Part shown: positions 40,901 through 53,058 of the stretch, in pieces
How positions within the stretch are numbered: position 1 is the first letter of the stretch
Layout of the letters: the number at the start of each line of letters is the position of its first letter
From: Klebsormidium nitens
Lineage: Eukaryota > Plantae > Klebsormidiophyceae
DNA: 64,000 nucleotides
Reading direction: 5' to 3'
Assembly (NCBI GenBank): GCA_000708835.1
Contig: DF237034.1
Location: 160,722-224,721 of the forward strand
Notes under the pieces: model-generated
Database searches by the model: none
The model's input: only the letters and a program-made list of their open reading frames with translations
What the model was told of the DNA's origin: nothing
Position numbers and translations under genes: made by a program

Positions 40901-43900
40901 TGCACGCCCGCCAGGATGAGGGCGCCCGCGCGCACGGCGTCCACCAGCCACGTCTCGGTCGTGGCCTGACATGGCAACGGCGCAGCGTTAGCAATCAGAA
41001 CCTGCCTTAGTGGGTCTGAGAGCTAGGTGAGCAAGCAATAGCTTGAAACATCTAAGATTTGATTGTCGAAGAACCGGGGAAGAACGCCGAAACCTGAAAG
41101 TGGTTTGACAGTCTGACAGTCGAAACCTGACATCCCGCCAACACTGGCGCGGGCATCGATACGAGCGAGTGCAGCCCCAGCAGTATTGACAAAGGGAGGA
41201 CACATTGAAAGCAGAGCTACTTCATTTGATGAGCCAATTATCCTGGAAAAGACGGGCAACAAAATGCCGTCAAGCGAGAACTAGATTGGCAGAGATGTGG
41301 TTCGGGCCGCTCCACTTCCACAGCGTTCATATACAAGAACACTGCACTTGGAGGGACTAGCTTGACAACCGAAGGCCCAGCGAAACCCTCTAGGAAAAAG
41401 TGAGGACGTGCTGCCGTTTCACCATGGCTCTGAGAAAGTAACAATGAATGAAGGGTTTGACGTAGAAGATATGAGGAGTTTCAAAGTGTTAAGATGAAGT
41501 TCAAAGCTCGGCTCAACCAGCCAAAGGGTTATGAACAACGTACGAGCAGGGGGAAAACCAGTAGAGTCTCACAAAATGTAGGGTTTGGATGCAGGACAAA
41601 TAAATTACGGGGTTCCGGGGAATCGTGAAGATTGACTCGTCGAAAGGCGTGTTTGCACAATCGCCCTTTCCCTTTCCCGCAAGGGAGCGCACATGAGTTG
41701 CGAGCTTCACCGCAGCTCTCCAGCGGCTCACAGGCCTGGTGGTAGGGCTCCAGGGCGAGCTTCGACAGGTACAGGCAGCTCGGGGAGCGTGAGCTGGACG
41801 AGACTGTACCTGTCGTGGCTGCGGCTGTACCTGGTGCTGCTGATGCTGAAATGACCCTTGGAGCGCTTTGACAAACCACTATAACCACTTGATTTGCCAT
41901 CGAGTCTTGCAACACTCCGGGCTGACAACTTCCACCACCGTAGGATGTTTGTAAACCAGAGTTCGTTCGCCCACCTTCTTCCCCCCGCTCGCGCACCCCA
42001 TATGGCACCAGCCGCACTCATGGGCGTCCTCCACGTTGCGCGGCACCACCCCGCAATCGTACCCCAGTGCGGCGCACCCCCTGCGCAGCACCTCGTTCTG
42101 CAGATTGTGTACCACGTGCTCCGCCTGCACCCCCCCGCGGACGCACACCGCCTCCATTGCCTCCTCATACTCAGCCCCCCCGTATTTAGTCAGGCCCAGG
42201 TCCTGGCTCCACTCCCGCGTTACATGGGGTTGAGTCTTGAACGACGCGGCCCAGTTGATGGCGGAGCCCCCCCCCACGGTCGACCCCGCCAAGAGCGCCA
42301 CCCCCCCGTCGACGGTACCGAAGAGCCCCCCCTTTTCGTACATGGCCTCCAGCGTCGGCAGCTCCGTGAGGGGGAGATCATTGCGTGCCAGGTAGTGTCC
42401 TTTTTCGAGCACCAGCACCTTGTGCCCCCCCTGCGCCAGCCGCCCTGCCACCACGCCCCCCCCGGACCCAGACCCCACCACAACCACGTCGCACTGGACG
42501 GTGATGTCAGAGGAGGCCGCCGCCTGCGATGCCTCAAAGCCGCGGCTTCGCAGGGTCTGAACCACGTCCTCTCCTGCAGACAGGGGCGATTGCAAGAACT
42601 TAGCAGGCAAGAGGCATCTGCGCTGGTTGCAGTGAAAGGGGGGTAATTTGCAGCTCCGTATGAAGTGACAGGACGACAAGCATGACACTATCCTCTATTT
42701 GGTCTAGCTTTTCAGAGAAGCGCAGGCGCCTCTACCTTAACCACCAAACTTGCTTCGACGTTAGCCTCTTCCTTGTGCGGCGCTCACCTGTGTCTCCCCG
42801 GAGGTCGAGCACCGCATCCTCGAGGGGCCGTCGAGCCGCCTCGCTGCCTCGTGCCGCCATCCTTTTTGCTCGCTGCGGGTCCGGCCCAACGTAACCAATT
42901 GCAGACCATGCCGGATTGCCCCCACTCTCATCGACCTGTAAACACACTTTAGACTATCTTGTAAGCGAGCGTCATATACAAGGTAGCTCCAGATGTCCAA
43001 ACAGTCAGAAGGATTCATTGGGTATCAAGGTAGCTCCAGATGTCCTTACAGTCCAAAGGATTCATTGGATATGAGGGCATGGATTAGCTGCACAATGGTT
43101 AAATGTTGGCTGTGCTTACCTTGCCATAGAAGGCCACCATGGTGAGACTCTTGAATGCCCGGAAGAGTGCGCGAAAGTCCTCCAGGCGGCTGCTGGCCCA
43201 GCCCTGTAGTATGCGCTCACGCGCGTGGGGCGACAGGGCAGGGAAGGAGTGCACAAAGGGGAAGCGCCAGTCGAGCGCCCAGCGGCCCGCCAGGAGGAGG
43301 GTGCCCAGGCCCCAGCTGAGGAGGGTCAATATGATGGACAGGCGGCCGACAGCGGTGGGGTTCAGGTAGGTCAACAAACCTGTCGCAGATGGGGAGAAAG
43401 GCTGGATTCGAAGTCCGAAGAATGGTTCAGGTGAAAGTGATGGAGATGCTGACGTCCAGACTTGGGGCAAAGGGTTGCGCTTCCGGATGTTGAGTGGGAG
43501 CAGCAAGTATGTGACAGAGTTGAAGTCTTGTTGAGGTATCTTCTAGAAGAGGTTCACTCTGTCCTGGCCAGAAAAAAGGCGATACCTGACTTGGAGCGCT
43601 CTCCCTAAAGATAAGCCTCTCAAGCGCGGTCGTCACTGAAAGTGCTTGGGAATTGCTGGACAGTGTTGCTGGTTTCATGGTCGATTGCCTCTACACTGCC
43701 TTCTTTCGAAAGCGTCATTCAAAAGCTTGAACACATGCGCTAGCTTTCTGAATTGCTGCTATGAGACCTTTCGCTCAATTCGGGCGCAACACCTTGCATA
43801 ATGACTGCCTTACTTGGTGGGCAGGCATAGCCTCTTGCATAAGGCTACTCAAGAAGCTATAACTGTTTGGGGAATCTTTTTTCGGCAATCTGCAATACGT

Positions 43901-44237
43901 GCTCAAAATACGAACCTGCCACCGCTTCAGGAGTCCCATCCGCTGAACCAGAGAGAGCAAAGAACTTTGGCAGCTCCGAGGGGGCCGCCTGTGGTTCGTG
44001 ACCATTGAGAGCAGGTTTGTGGTCCCCAACTGGGTGGTGCACCTTCGCAGGACTTCTGTTGGCCCCAGCTGTGCTGACATTGCCTGTCTTATCCTTCCCG
44101 CCAAGCGATGGACTGCCGGCGTCATCTACTGTCGGAATCAGGGTTTCACAGATGCTGGCAAGCACGCCAATCTGCCGCTCGTTGAGCAGAGGGGGTGGTG
44201 CACCGCCATCCAATGGGTGCAGCTTGCGAGACGCCAT
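37963..44237 (-). CDS. Long-chain fatty alcohol oxidase (GMC oxidoreductase, FAO-type)
   Basis: N-terminal segments are QIGVLASICETLIP and LAGRWALDWRFPFVHSFPALSPHARERILQGW. The FAD motif is CDVVVVGSGSGGGVVA...VLEKG. Other motifs are LAGSTVGGGSAINW, CGWCHMGCASGGKK|ATTETWLVDA, AAGSLHTPPLL, NIGQHLHVHP and QMGSCRMG...DASVLPTASGTNPMITVQ|SIAYCTS. Stop at 37963. Confidence 0.94.
39366..39385. other. Assembly gap (20 N) flanked by an artefactual duplication within an FAO exon
   Basis: A 55-nt string at 39311-39365 recurs at 39448-39502. The sequence just after the gap is an indel-ridden version of the sequence before it. Confidence 0.85.
42979..43072. repeat. Intronic 47-bp diverged tandem duplication
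   Basis: caaggtagctccagatgtccaaacagtcagaaggattcattgggtat versus caaggtagctccagatgtccttacagtccaaaggattcattggatat. Confidence 0.9.
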
Positions 44238-44642
44238 TGCTGTCCTTCGTCCCAACGTTGACATTGCCCATACACATACTAATAGCACCCTCCCTGGTTT
44301 GCCCAGGCGAAGGAAAGGGAATACAGTTTACTGTTCAGACTGACAGTGAGAATGTAGACGGCAAGTTTGCTCCAGAGTCTTCTAGGAAGCCACATAAGAC
44401 GAGGTTAGATTGGCCATATACGAGCTCCTGGAAGCACATTGGGTCACTTGTACCGGGTGCCGCATGTACATGCCCGTGCATACCAACGGACGGGTCCAAA
44501 ACCCTCTCTCCTCAGTTTAACGGCCCGATTGGCAGAACTCCCGGCCCCAAGCAAAGTGCCCCGGTCCTGCTTTGCGTGCAAAAATGGGTCAACATTTGAA
44601 TAAATATCTGCACAATCCCTCCTTGTTAAATCGAAGGCCAAT

Positions 44643-45817
44643 CCCTCCTTATTAACCTCGTTGATTTCGAGAATTCACCCTGAAACACATATCACACTTT
44701 CAAAAGCGCATATCGTTAAAGCTTCTATTACGCAAGCTATTTTCAAACAAAAACCTTCCTCTATCGCCCAACCCGATTTCGGCAACGATGCACTATACTA
44801 TAATGGCTCATATGCAGATCAAAAGTTGCTGTTTTCGCGTTTATCTTGGTCTACCAACGATAACCATGTAATACCATTTCACAAGTTCTCTATTCGAGAT
44901 CGCTATCGCTCTATAAATGACAACAACAATGTCGCTATAGCTTCTAATGCCAGGTGGAACCTCCGCCTTTCTAGCCCTAACCTCGATTGGCCAGCGCATT
45001 TTAAATATGTAAACGACCCACTTCTACATAACAAAACCAGAGAACTCCTTTATAAAATTTATACCCGTGCCTGCATGACAGGACTCGGGTCGAACAATAT
45101 GGCCATCCTAGCACATGTACCTATTGCGATTCAATCGAAGACGAATTACATCTATTCATTGAATGCAACAGTATCCAAGAAATTCGATCTTGGTTCGGTG
45201 ATATGATTTCGATCTTATATCCGACTCTCGATTATCATAATCTAGAACTCCCCGTACTCTTATTTGGTTACAATACACATATACCCGCTCGCGACATTGC
45301 CCCGTGGAAACTTCTTCACGCAGAAACCCTCCGTGCAATATGGTTAGCGCGCAATGAAAGCATTTTTGAAGGAAGGACTGTATCTCTGAACGAAACCATT
45401 GCTCTTATCAAATGCCGCATTCTTCAATCTGCACAGATTTACTATTATAACATTCGCAATTCACATGCTAAGAACAAGAGACGTCGCATTAAAAGATTCC
45501 TGCATCTTTGGACAATCACTGTCCCCATTTGCATGCTAAATAGTAAAGGCTATCTTGCTTTGAACCCTCTTCTGACGACTTAGCCTAGCCGCTATATACC
45601 GCACATATAATCAACGGATCAGCGCTATCTTATACATGTTCACCACAACGTGATTATCGCGGTCTTTATTGTTCGATAAAAGGGGGTGGCCCGGGAGCAT
45701 AACCCGGTCTGTTTTTAAGCATCCTGTGAACCCACGAGCTAGTGCGGTTTCTTAGGAACCCTAGCTCGGTGGGGGATGCCCACCTTCCTCCCTGCGGGGA
45801 AAGAAAAAAAAAAAAAA
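44643..45817 (+). mobile_element. 5'-truncated non-LTR retrotransposon (L1/Tx1-like ORF2 C-terminus with zf-RVT region), frameshifted
   Basis: This AT-rich block encodes LDWPAHFKYVNDPLLHNKTRELLYKIYTRACMTG, then after a frameshift near 45084, RVEQYGHPSTCTYCDSIEDELHLFIEC (CCHC finger) and LLHAETLRAIWLARNESIFEG. Stop at 45583, about 220-nt 3'UTR, A-rich tail 45800-45817. GAAGGCCAAT occurs at 44633-44642 and 45818-45827. Confidence 0.88.
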
Positions 45818-45977
45818 GAAGGCCAATGCAGGCCAATGGCAATGCACACCAGCACATCTGCACAAACAAACGTCCACCATAGCACATTTCGAACAAACAC
45901 TGAGGGGCGCCAGTAGAGGGTTTCAGGAGGCGAGTGCTGTTCGAGAAGGGGCAGGAGGCGTCGATTGTGATCTCAGA

Positions 45978-48900
45978 ATGGCGGTGAAATGTGCAGCTGC
46001 AACCTCGCAGCTGGCATGGGTGAGCAACGGCAAAATCCGCAGCATTGCATTCTCCAATGTCCTATCCTCCTCATAGGATTGAATGCCTTTGGACCAGGTG
46101 CAAGCCACAATTGGGGCAATCTTTGCTTACCAGCCATCTTTCTTGTCGCAATTGCTCGTCAACTTGACCATTTTGCAGTAGCATCTGCACAAAGAAGGCA
46201 GAAAGGAATTATCTGATAGGATTGCCTCGGTTCTCACATATGCATGAGGATACTTGGTAATGGTAGCATTGCAAAACAAGGTGTTGTGACAGTGTTCGTG
46301 GCGCCACTTGGCATGGCACCGTTGGATTGAAGAGGATCTGACGTAGTCTAAGTGTGCAGTTTCAGCGGCTTCAAATATGCAAGGCCTGCTTGTTTGCAGT
46401 GCTTACAATCGGTCTTTGGTCACTTTGTATCCAGCTTACAAGACCTCGGGCATAGCTGGGAATCTAAATAAATCAGGAAAGACGAATGCTGTGCTGGTCT
46501 GGTTGTTAAGCACTGATCGGTGGGTTGTCGTATAATCTCACCATGACTAATCTGTAAGCAACCAAATGATGATCAGGGCATTGCAGACAATGAGTTTTAT
46601 ACCGAGGCTCGGCTCAGCCACCGGAACCCAAGGAGAGCTTCATCTACTTTATTCTAGCTGGCTAACCTCCTTGCCCAATTTAGTGTCGGTGCATTTGATC
46701 GCAGCAATTGCAAATCTCCATCTGGAGGCTATACCAAATGATAGCCAAGATTTGTGGTGCTCAAACTGTCCTTTCACTGTAACAGAGTGACGGGCTTTCA
46801 GAAGTTCCTCCACACTTAGACATGCTTCCTCGCGGCGGTCTGGTTTTCATTGCTGCTAAACTGATGTCATATCTACTCATCGGCTGCCGTCAAACTCCGC
46901 CAGAGCATGCATTTAATACCCTGCCACCGAGAGGGACTGTGATTCAGATTCTCCCTGGTGCAGGGTGTGCAGCGCAGCTTGGCTGCGTCCGGCCTCTGTG
47001 CCCCCCGCAGCTGCGCCCCTGCTCGGTTCGTCCTCCCTCGCACGCCGCTCCGCCCCGCTGCTTCCCTTGAGCTCGGCGCCTCCTCCCTAGGCTCTGCCAG
47101 CAGCGCCTTTGCCAGCTCACCCGCTTCCTCGGAACTGTCCCTTTCCGGCATCGCATCCAGGGCAACCTCTGCACTGCGGAAGAATGGGGTCAGGGCCATG
47201 GCCACGGTAGGTCGTCGAGCTGGGGCAAAACACCTGAACACGGCCGTACATTCAACCTGTCTCAGGCAGGCGCTGTCCGCGTACCTTCCTCAGCTTGAAA
47301 TCATCAACCTTGTTGAGTACACTCTATTCGCTGGTCCTCGCATCAATAGGTGATCTCACTAAGAGTGCTTCTTAGTCAAGTGACGCTGTCTGAGTTGCCC
47401 GTCTAATTCCCGGCAGGAGGCTGCCAAGCCGCAGGCCAAGGTGACCCACAAGGTCTTCTTCGACATTGAAGTGGGGGGCGAGAAGGCAGGGAGAGTCGTG
47501 CTGGGCCTGTTCGGGGAGGAGGTGCCCAAGACCGCAGAGAACTTCCGCGCTCTCTGTACAGGTAACTTGGCAGTCGCTCCAACGCCCCAGTCGATATCTT
47601 TTCAGTTTGCTTTTGAACTCAGGGATGGGGCCAATGAGCTTTTGCATGACCCCTTGTACAGGCAGCAAAGCCGTCCGCTTGGGAATGACCGAGACACAAT
47701 TTGTTGGAACTCGTTTTTGCAGAGATTGCGCCTTTTGCTGTTCAGGAGTTAGTCTTCATACCTCACTTGATCTGTTTGCCAGACCAGCTGCTCGACATCC
47801 TTGGAAGGGAGGAAGGCCACCATTGCGGTCCCCTTACGGCCATGTTCAGATGTTGCTCGACCATTTTCCGTCCTGGATCCAGAACAGGGACGTGTTCTGC
47901 CAAGCTCGCACTTGCCCATGTTCCGGGCGCGGTCACTGAGCGTGCGGTCTCTGTTACAATTCTATTCGCACAATTCTATTCTATATGTGCGGACGGGCTG
48001 TTCAGGACCTTGACTTCACGTGGCTGGCGCGGGGCTTCTCAGCCCCTCTCCCACAAGCGCACCTCTCCTAGCCCCTCTCAGGCCCCCACGTGTCTCCGAA
48101 TACAGCCCCGCCTGTCTCACCCTATCTTTGGGGCTGCCTTACAGGAGAGAAGGGCTTCGGCTACAAGGGCTGCGGGTTCCATCGAATAATCAAGGAGTTC
48201 ATGATTCAGGGTGGAGACTTCACCAAGGGCAATGTGAGTGGACAGGCTGAATCTTCGTGTTCAACTCGTGTAACAAGAGACGGTATCCTCAATCCAACTT
48301 CTGTAGTCCTAGTGTCTTGTCAATGTATCACTGCCCTCCTGCTGATCAGCGAGCTGGATTGATTTCCTTGCGTTACGTGTTCAGGGCACTGGTGGAAAGA
48401 GCATCTACGGAAATAAGTTCGAGGACGAGAACTTCAAGCGTGAGCCCTTGCTTCCCAGTTGCTGCTCCATGTGTTAGGTCGTGAAGCCGGCCTGTATATG
48501 GTCGTTCAGATGGCCATTCTTTGCTTTTTGCAATCCTCCGAGCATGAGAGCAGCGTGTTTTGCAACCAGCACCCAGCCCTAGCGAGTTGCTTCCAATCAT
48601 CTCGGCAGCTGGTCGTCACATATTCGCCTCTTTTCATTCGCAGTTTGTCCTTTCCGAAACTGCCTCCTCCTCTGTTTTGCAGTGTCCCACACTGGGCCGG
48701 GCATCCTCAGCATGGCCAATGCTGGGCCCAACACCAACGGCTCCCAATTCTTCCTCTGTACAGTCCAGGTACGAAAACCTCAACCCCGGCAGACGATCTG
48801 GCAATCTCCATGATTCGGTCTGTGAACGGTTCTGTCACATGGTCGTGCAAGAATGACTCATGGACCAATTGACCTGGCTTTGCATTCAGCTGTCTTTGGT

Positions 48901-49312
48901 CTTCCATGTCCGGATGTTTCCGGAATCTAGTCAAAAGCTTTATTTGCTGCATCACATCAATGTCTGCCACCACTGGATGATTATATACGAAGCTGTCATG
49001 ATTACGACTCAAGAACCAGTAGGCTATGCTGTTAGACGGCTTTCGGCCGCTTGTCATTGCCAAACTCCATCAGCAGTCCTTCTCCTCTGCTGTAAATCTT
49101 CAGGTCCGAAAGGCCTCGCAAGCATTACTGTTGATTTCAGTGCTTATATTGCTTCGTTGCAGACTCCTTGGCTGGATGGTCGGCACGTGGTTTTTGGCCA
49201 AGTCCTGGAAGGGATGGACGTGGTCAGCAAGGTCGAGAACCTGGACACAGACCGGTCGGACAGGCCAAAGAAGCCCGTGGTAATCGCAGACTGCGGTGAG
49301 CTGGACAGCTAG
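45978..49312 (+). CDS. Plastid cyclophilin (peptidyl-prolyl isomerase), CYP20-3/ROC4-like
   Basis: Exon 1 (45978-46019, [14 protein letters not shown]) joins in frame to a Ser/Ala/Arg-rich transit peptide at 46964. Then follow [17 protein letters not shown]...[57 protein letters not shown] and [15 protein letters not shown]. Stop at 49312. Confidence 0.95.
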
Positions 49313-50465
49313 CTTCGCTTGTCGGAGAGCCTTAGAAGGCCAGTACGAGAAGACATGCTCCTGGCAAAGGGCGTTTAACCGGAGTAAGTTCTGAAACTTC
49401 TACCGATTTGGCCCAGCTGATGCATGAGTCCGAATGTAGGTCGAACTTTTACCTAATTGTATATTAGCACAGGTCACAAAGCCATAGGTGACTGCATGAC
49501 TCTCCGGTCTGGTAGGCGGCCGGCCATGCAGCGGGGGCGCCCATTTCGATATCCGGATTTGATCCTGCAAGCGGAACCTGCACCTAAAATCCGACCTGCA
49601 TGTCGTGCGTGTTGCTCCATCATATGGCAAACAAGCTTGAGGGTGATGGGTGCATGTGCATTCGGTTATGATGTCTTTTGCCGGGTTGCGGACCGCGGTA
49701 TGTATCATGTACGGCCGGGTCACCTGTAACGCGCTTGCAGTTCACTTGATCGAATGTACTGCCTATCCTACATATGTATCAAAACGACATTGCAAGCAAT
49801 GTATATTGCTTACAGATAGAAAGCTTGATCCTATCTGCTCTATGATGCGCAATTAAGTGGGCATGCAGCCGAATAACACGTTTATATAGCTGATGATTAC
49901 AACATGGCCATGCGCGTGGTTTGGCTGCAAGTTCATGGTTCTCGCAAACTTGGTGCTTTGCATGGAGCGAGATGAAACGCCGCGCTAAGCCTGTTCAAAC
50001 CGGTGAATTAAACCGGCTGTTAGCTAGCTCTCCACGCCACAGTGACACAAAAATCGACCCGGCTTAAGACTTTTTGTGTCACTGGTCAATGACCGGTGCA
50101 TGTTTACCGGTCGGTGAACATTCGTTGACCCGAGAAGAACTCACATGACCTAAGTCTTATGTGTCGCCTAGAGAGCATATAAGATGAGTCCTTCTACTAT
50201 GCATTGAAGTTTCTTGAATCATCTCAACTTCTCTCTTGCGACACAAGCTTAGTATGCCAGAGCAGCCAGCTTCGATTCGTGACGGACGCAACGAGTTCAT
50301 GAAGGGCGAGTGAGCGTAAGCTGGAGTTATGCTGGCTTGCTTGTAAGAAACACGCATGGTTGAAAGCGTTAGACGCCTTGCTTCTTGCCTCAAGCTTGTG
50401 CCAAGCTGTCTAAGAACAGGAAACCGAGATAGAAGCCAAGAATTGTTCGAACTATAAAAGTGCTG

Positions 50466-53058
50466 ATGGCATTTCAAGTAAGATGCAGCTCTGTCGGTCT
50501 GATATTAGTCCTTCTTGCAGTCTTTTTAACTACAAGCTGCTGGATCGGGGGTCCTTCAGCGCGGGAAGATTTTGCACAGGAGGAGCTAGACTCACATTGG
50601 ATCACCCACAGGATATGTATCCGCCAAGGAGCTGCTGAGATATCTGATGCGGGTGCTTCAGAAGAGTCAGTGACCAAACCTGAGGGTAATCTGCACTTGA
50701 CGGAGACACATGCAACGGATAATCCAACGAATGGAACGGTCTATCGAGATGCTGCAGCTCCCGTCCTTTCTTCGAAAGTCCTTGAGCTCGACGAGAACAA
50801 CAACGAGAACAAAGGCAGCAGGAAACAGGACCTCTGCTCTCACAGGATCCAGAATGGAACTCTCCGCTGGAATGAAAAAGCAGAGGAGATCCTCATGTCT
50901 ATCTTCGAGCGGATGCAGTTTCCCAAGAAATGCGAGGAGGTGAAGGTTCTGGGAGTTGAGATGGACGTATCTGGTGAGCGGAATATATGTCGAAGAAAAT
51001 CCTAAAAAGATGCATGTGCAGGTTCTCCTCACGTTATATTGAAATACTCCCTTCAAACATTAGCTTCTAGATCCGTCAGAAACGGAGTCTTTCAAACACG
51101 ATGAGCTATGCCCCTGCGAATGCAATATTTGCATGTCCTCCTTTTTCTGCTTATTGAGCACAAGCCATAATATGTGAATTGCGATCATCTGCTGACTGAA
51201 TGCAGGGCTCATGTGGAATCTCCAAGCTTGGGAGCGAGCTCTCATTCTTGGCGCGAGATTGAACAGGACACTAGTTCCTATTGCAGCCAGCAGTGAAGTT
51301 CCTCATTACCTTCGAGCATCTTGGTGAGTACAATGGACAGACCGTAGGATCGCGAAACCTTGACAGTAATCTTGCGTGATTGCGCCATCTTGTTTTTCTT
51401 TGAACCTCCGTGCAAACTGGTGAAAGTAACGTGTGGTTTGCACCCGACTGCGTGTGTTCGGAATTGGTCGTCGTATGCGTGGCAATTGCTAGCAATTTGT
51501 TCTGTTCAATGCATCTGAAAAGTCAACAAAACAAAAATCCTTGATCAAATGTATACACTGACTACCGCGCTCGCAGACTCGTTCGCTGATCAATGCGCTG
51601 AAGCAATCTCTTCTCCATCTTTGGTAGGGACGGGTGTCCTCCTGAAAGAGCGCACGTGGGATGTTTCTTTGAAACCGGGGCTTGCAGCTTCGATGATATG
51701 CCTGCAATGATGGCTGCACTTGACGCCGCTCCACGAGTCCAGCTGAACATGTCAGACGAAGCTGGAAAAGGAACTTTCAATATGCTGGAACGTTCAGAAG
51801 CTATGCTCGTGAAGATGGAGAGCTTCAGACATCACTCAAATTGGTGGAGGTAAAATACCTGGTCGCGCGATCCCCTTGATGCATGTTGTCAAATTCGTCA
51901 GATTTCGAAGATGTTGAAAGTCAACGATGTCGTGATGCGACAGCTTGATGTACAATTTGCGGTACATTGAATCAGACCCAGCTCTTATTCCAAAGAACTG
52001 GAAGATGTTCCAAAAATGACTGAATGCAGAAAGATGCGAGCGATTTGCCGGGTCACTAATCCGAAGGTCTCAACTCCGCATTGAAGCTTGTACTCTGTTC
52101 TTCACAGGGACATCTACCCTCACGGGCTTTGGGACACCCTTGTGACGGAGGAAGCTGTCTGGCTGGAGGGAGGAGGAGACGTTGAGAACGCATCAAACCA
52201 GGACAGAGTGAACCTCTTGTTCTCCATCACGACCTTGTGGATGTTCCGGCCACTGCCCGAGATCCGGAAGCTCTCAGATGACATCGTCAACTCCTTTTCC
52301 AACTGGACGCCACCGCTTGTCGGCATTCATATCAGGCAAACGGTAGGTCAATCGTGATCACATGGCCACTTCGGTAAAAATACAAGTAATCCAGTCTGCT
52401 TGTAGTCCAAATATCAGTAACTGCTTTCGAGACTAGCGGTGTCAACGAGGCTCTTGAGAGGCTTGAACGGCTTAAAAGGTAAAGGCACGGATTCAGACAC
52501 CATCGTTGAAGCCAGAGGTCGGTGCATTCAGCGTGCTCTTACGTAAGAACGAGCCATTTCCATTCCTCCGTCCAGGACAAGAAGATGGAAGATCCGTACT
52601 GGATGGTCCACGGAAGGTACAGGAATCTGACGGACTACGGGCACGCCGTGGCAACAGTTGAAAGAAAGTGCAATGCAAGTTTCAACAGCGTCTTCCTCAT
52701 GAGCGATTCTCAGACCGTGGTGGAGATGGCTCTCGCCCATCCGGAGTCCATTGGTCTCTCCCCGTTGGTCAAGATCCTGTACGACAAGAGCGTCAACCGG
52801 TCCGCGCTTGCTCGAGGCCACGTGCACGTCCCAGTCGAGATCAAGAAGGAGGTGCAAGATCACTTCGTGGCTGCTGCTTACGCGCTCATGCGGTCTGCGG
52901 ACCACGTTGTCTGCACCCTCTCGTCGAATGTAGCAAGGTTGTTCTTCCAGTACGCCACGGCAAAGGGTCGAGCGGCTCAAGTGAGCGCTGCGGGGCCTTT
53001 TGCAACCTCCCTGGATTATCCCGACTGGGCAAGTGAAGAGCAGGCCTGGTTCCCATGA
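50466..53058 (+). CDS. FUT8/GT23-like (alpha-1,6-fucosyltransferase-like) type II membrane glycosyltransferase
   Basis: It has an N-terminal TM anchor (VGLILVLLAVFLTTSCWIG) and a stem. Five exons: about 50466-50974, 51207-51324, 51627-51850, 52109-52342, 52577-53058. Motifs LVGIHIRQT|DKKME, VFLMSD and ADHVVCTLSSNVARL parallel FUT8 motifs I-III (GVHVRRTDK, YLATDD, DFLVCTFSSQVCR). Confidence 0.75.

Noticed and set aside
41894-42646. 250-aa plus-strand ORF
   Set aside because: It is antisense to the GC-rich large FAO exon and has no recognisable domain.
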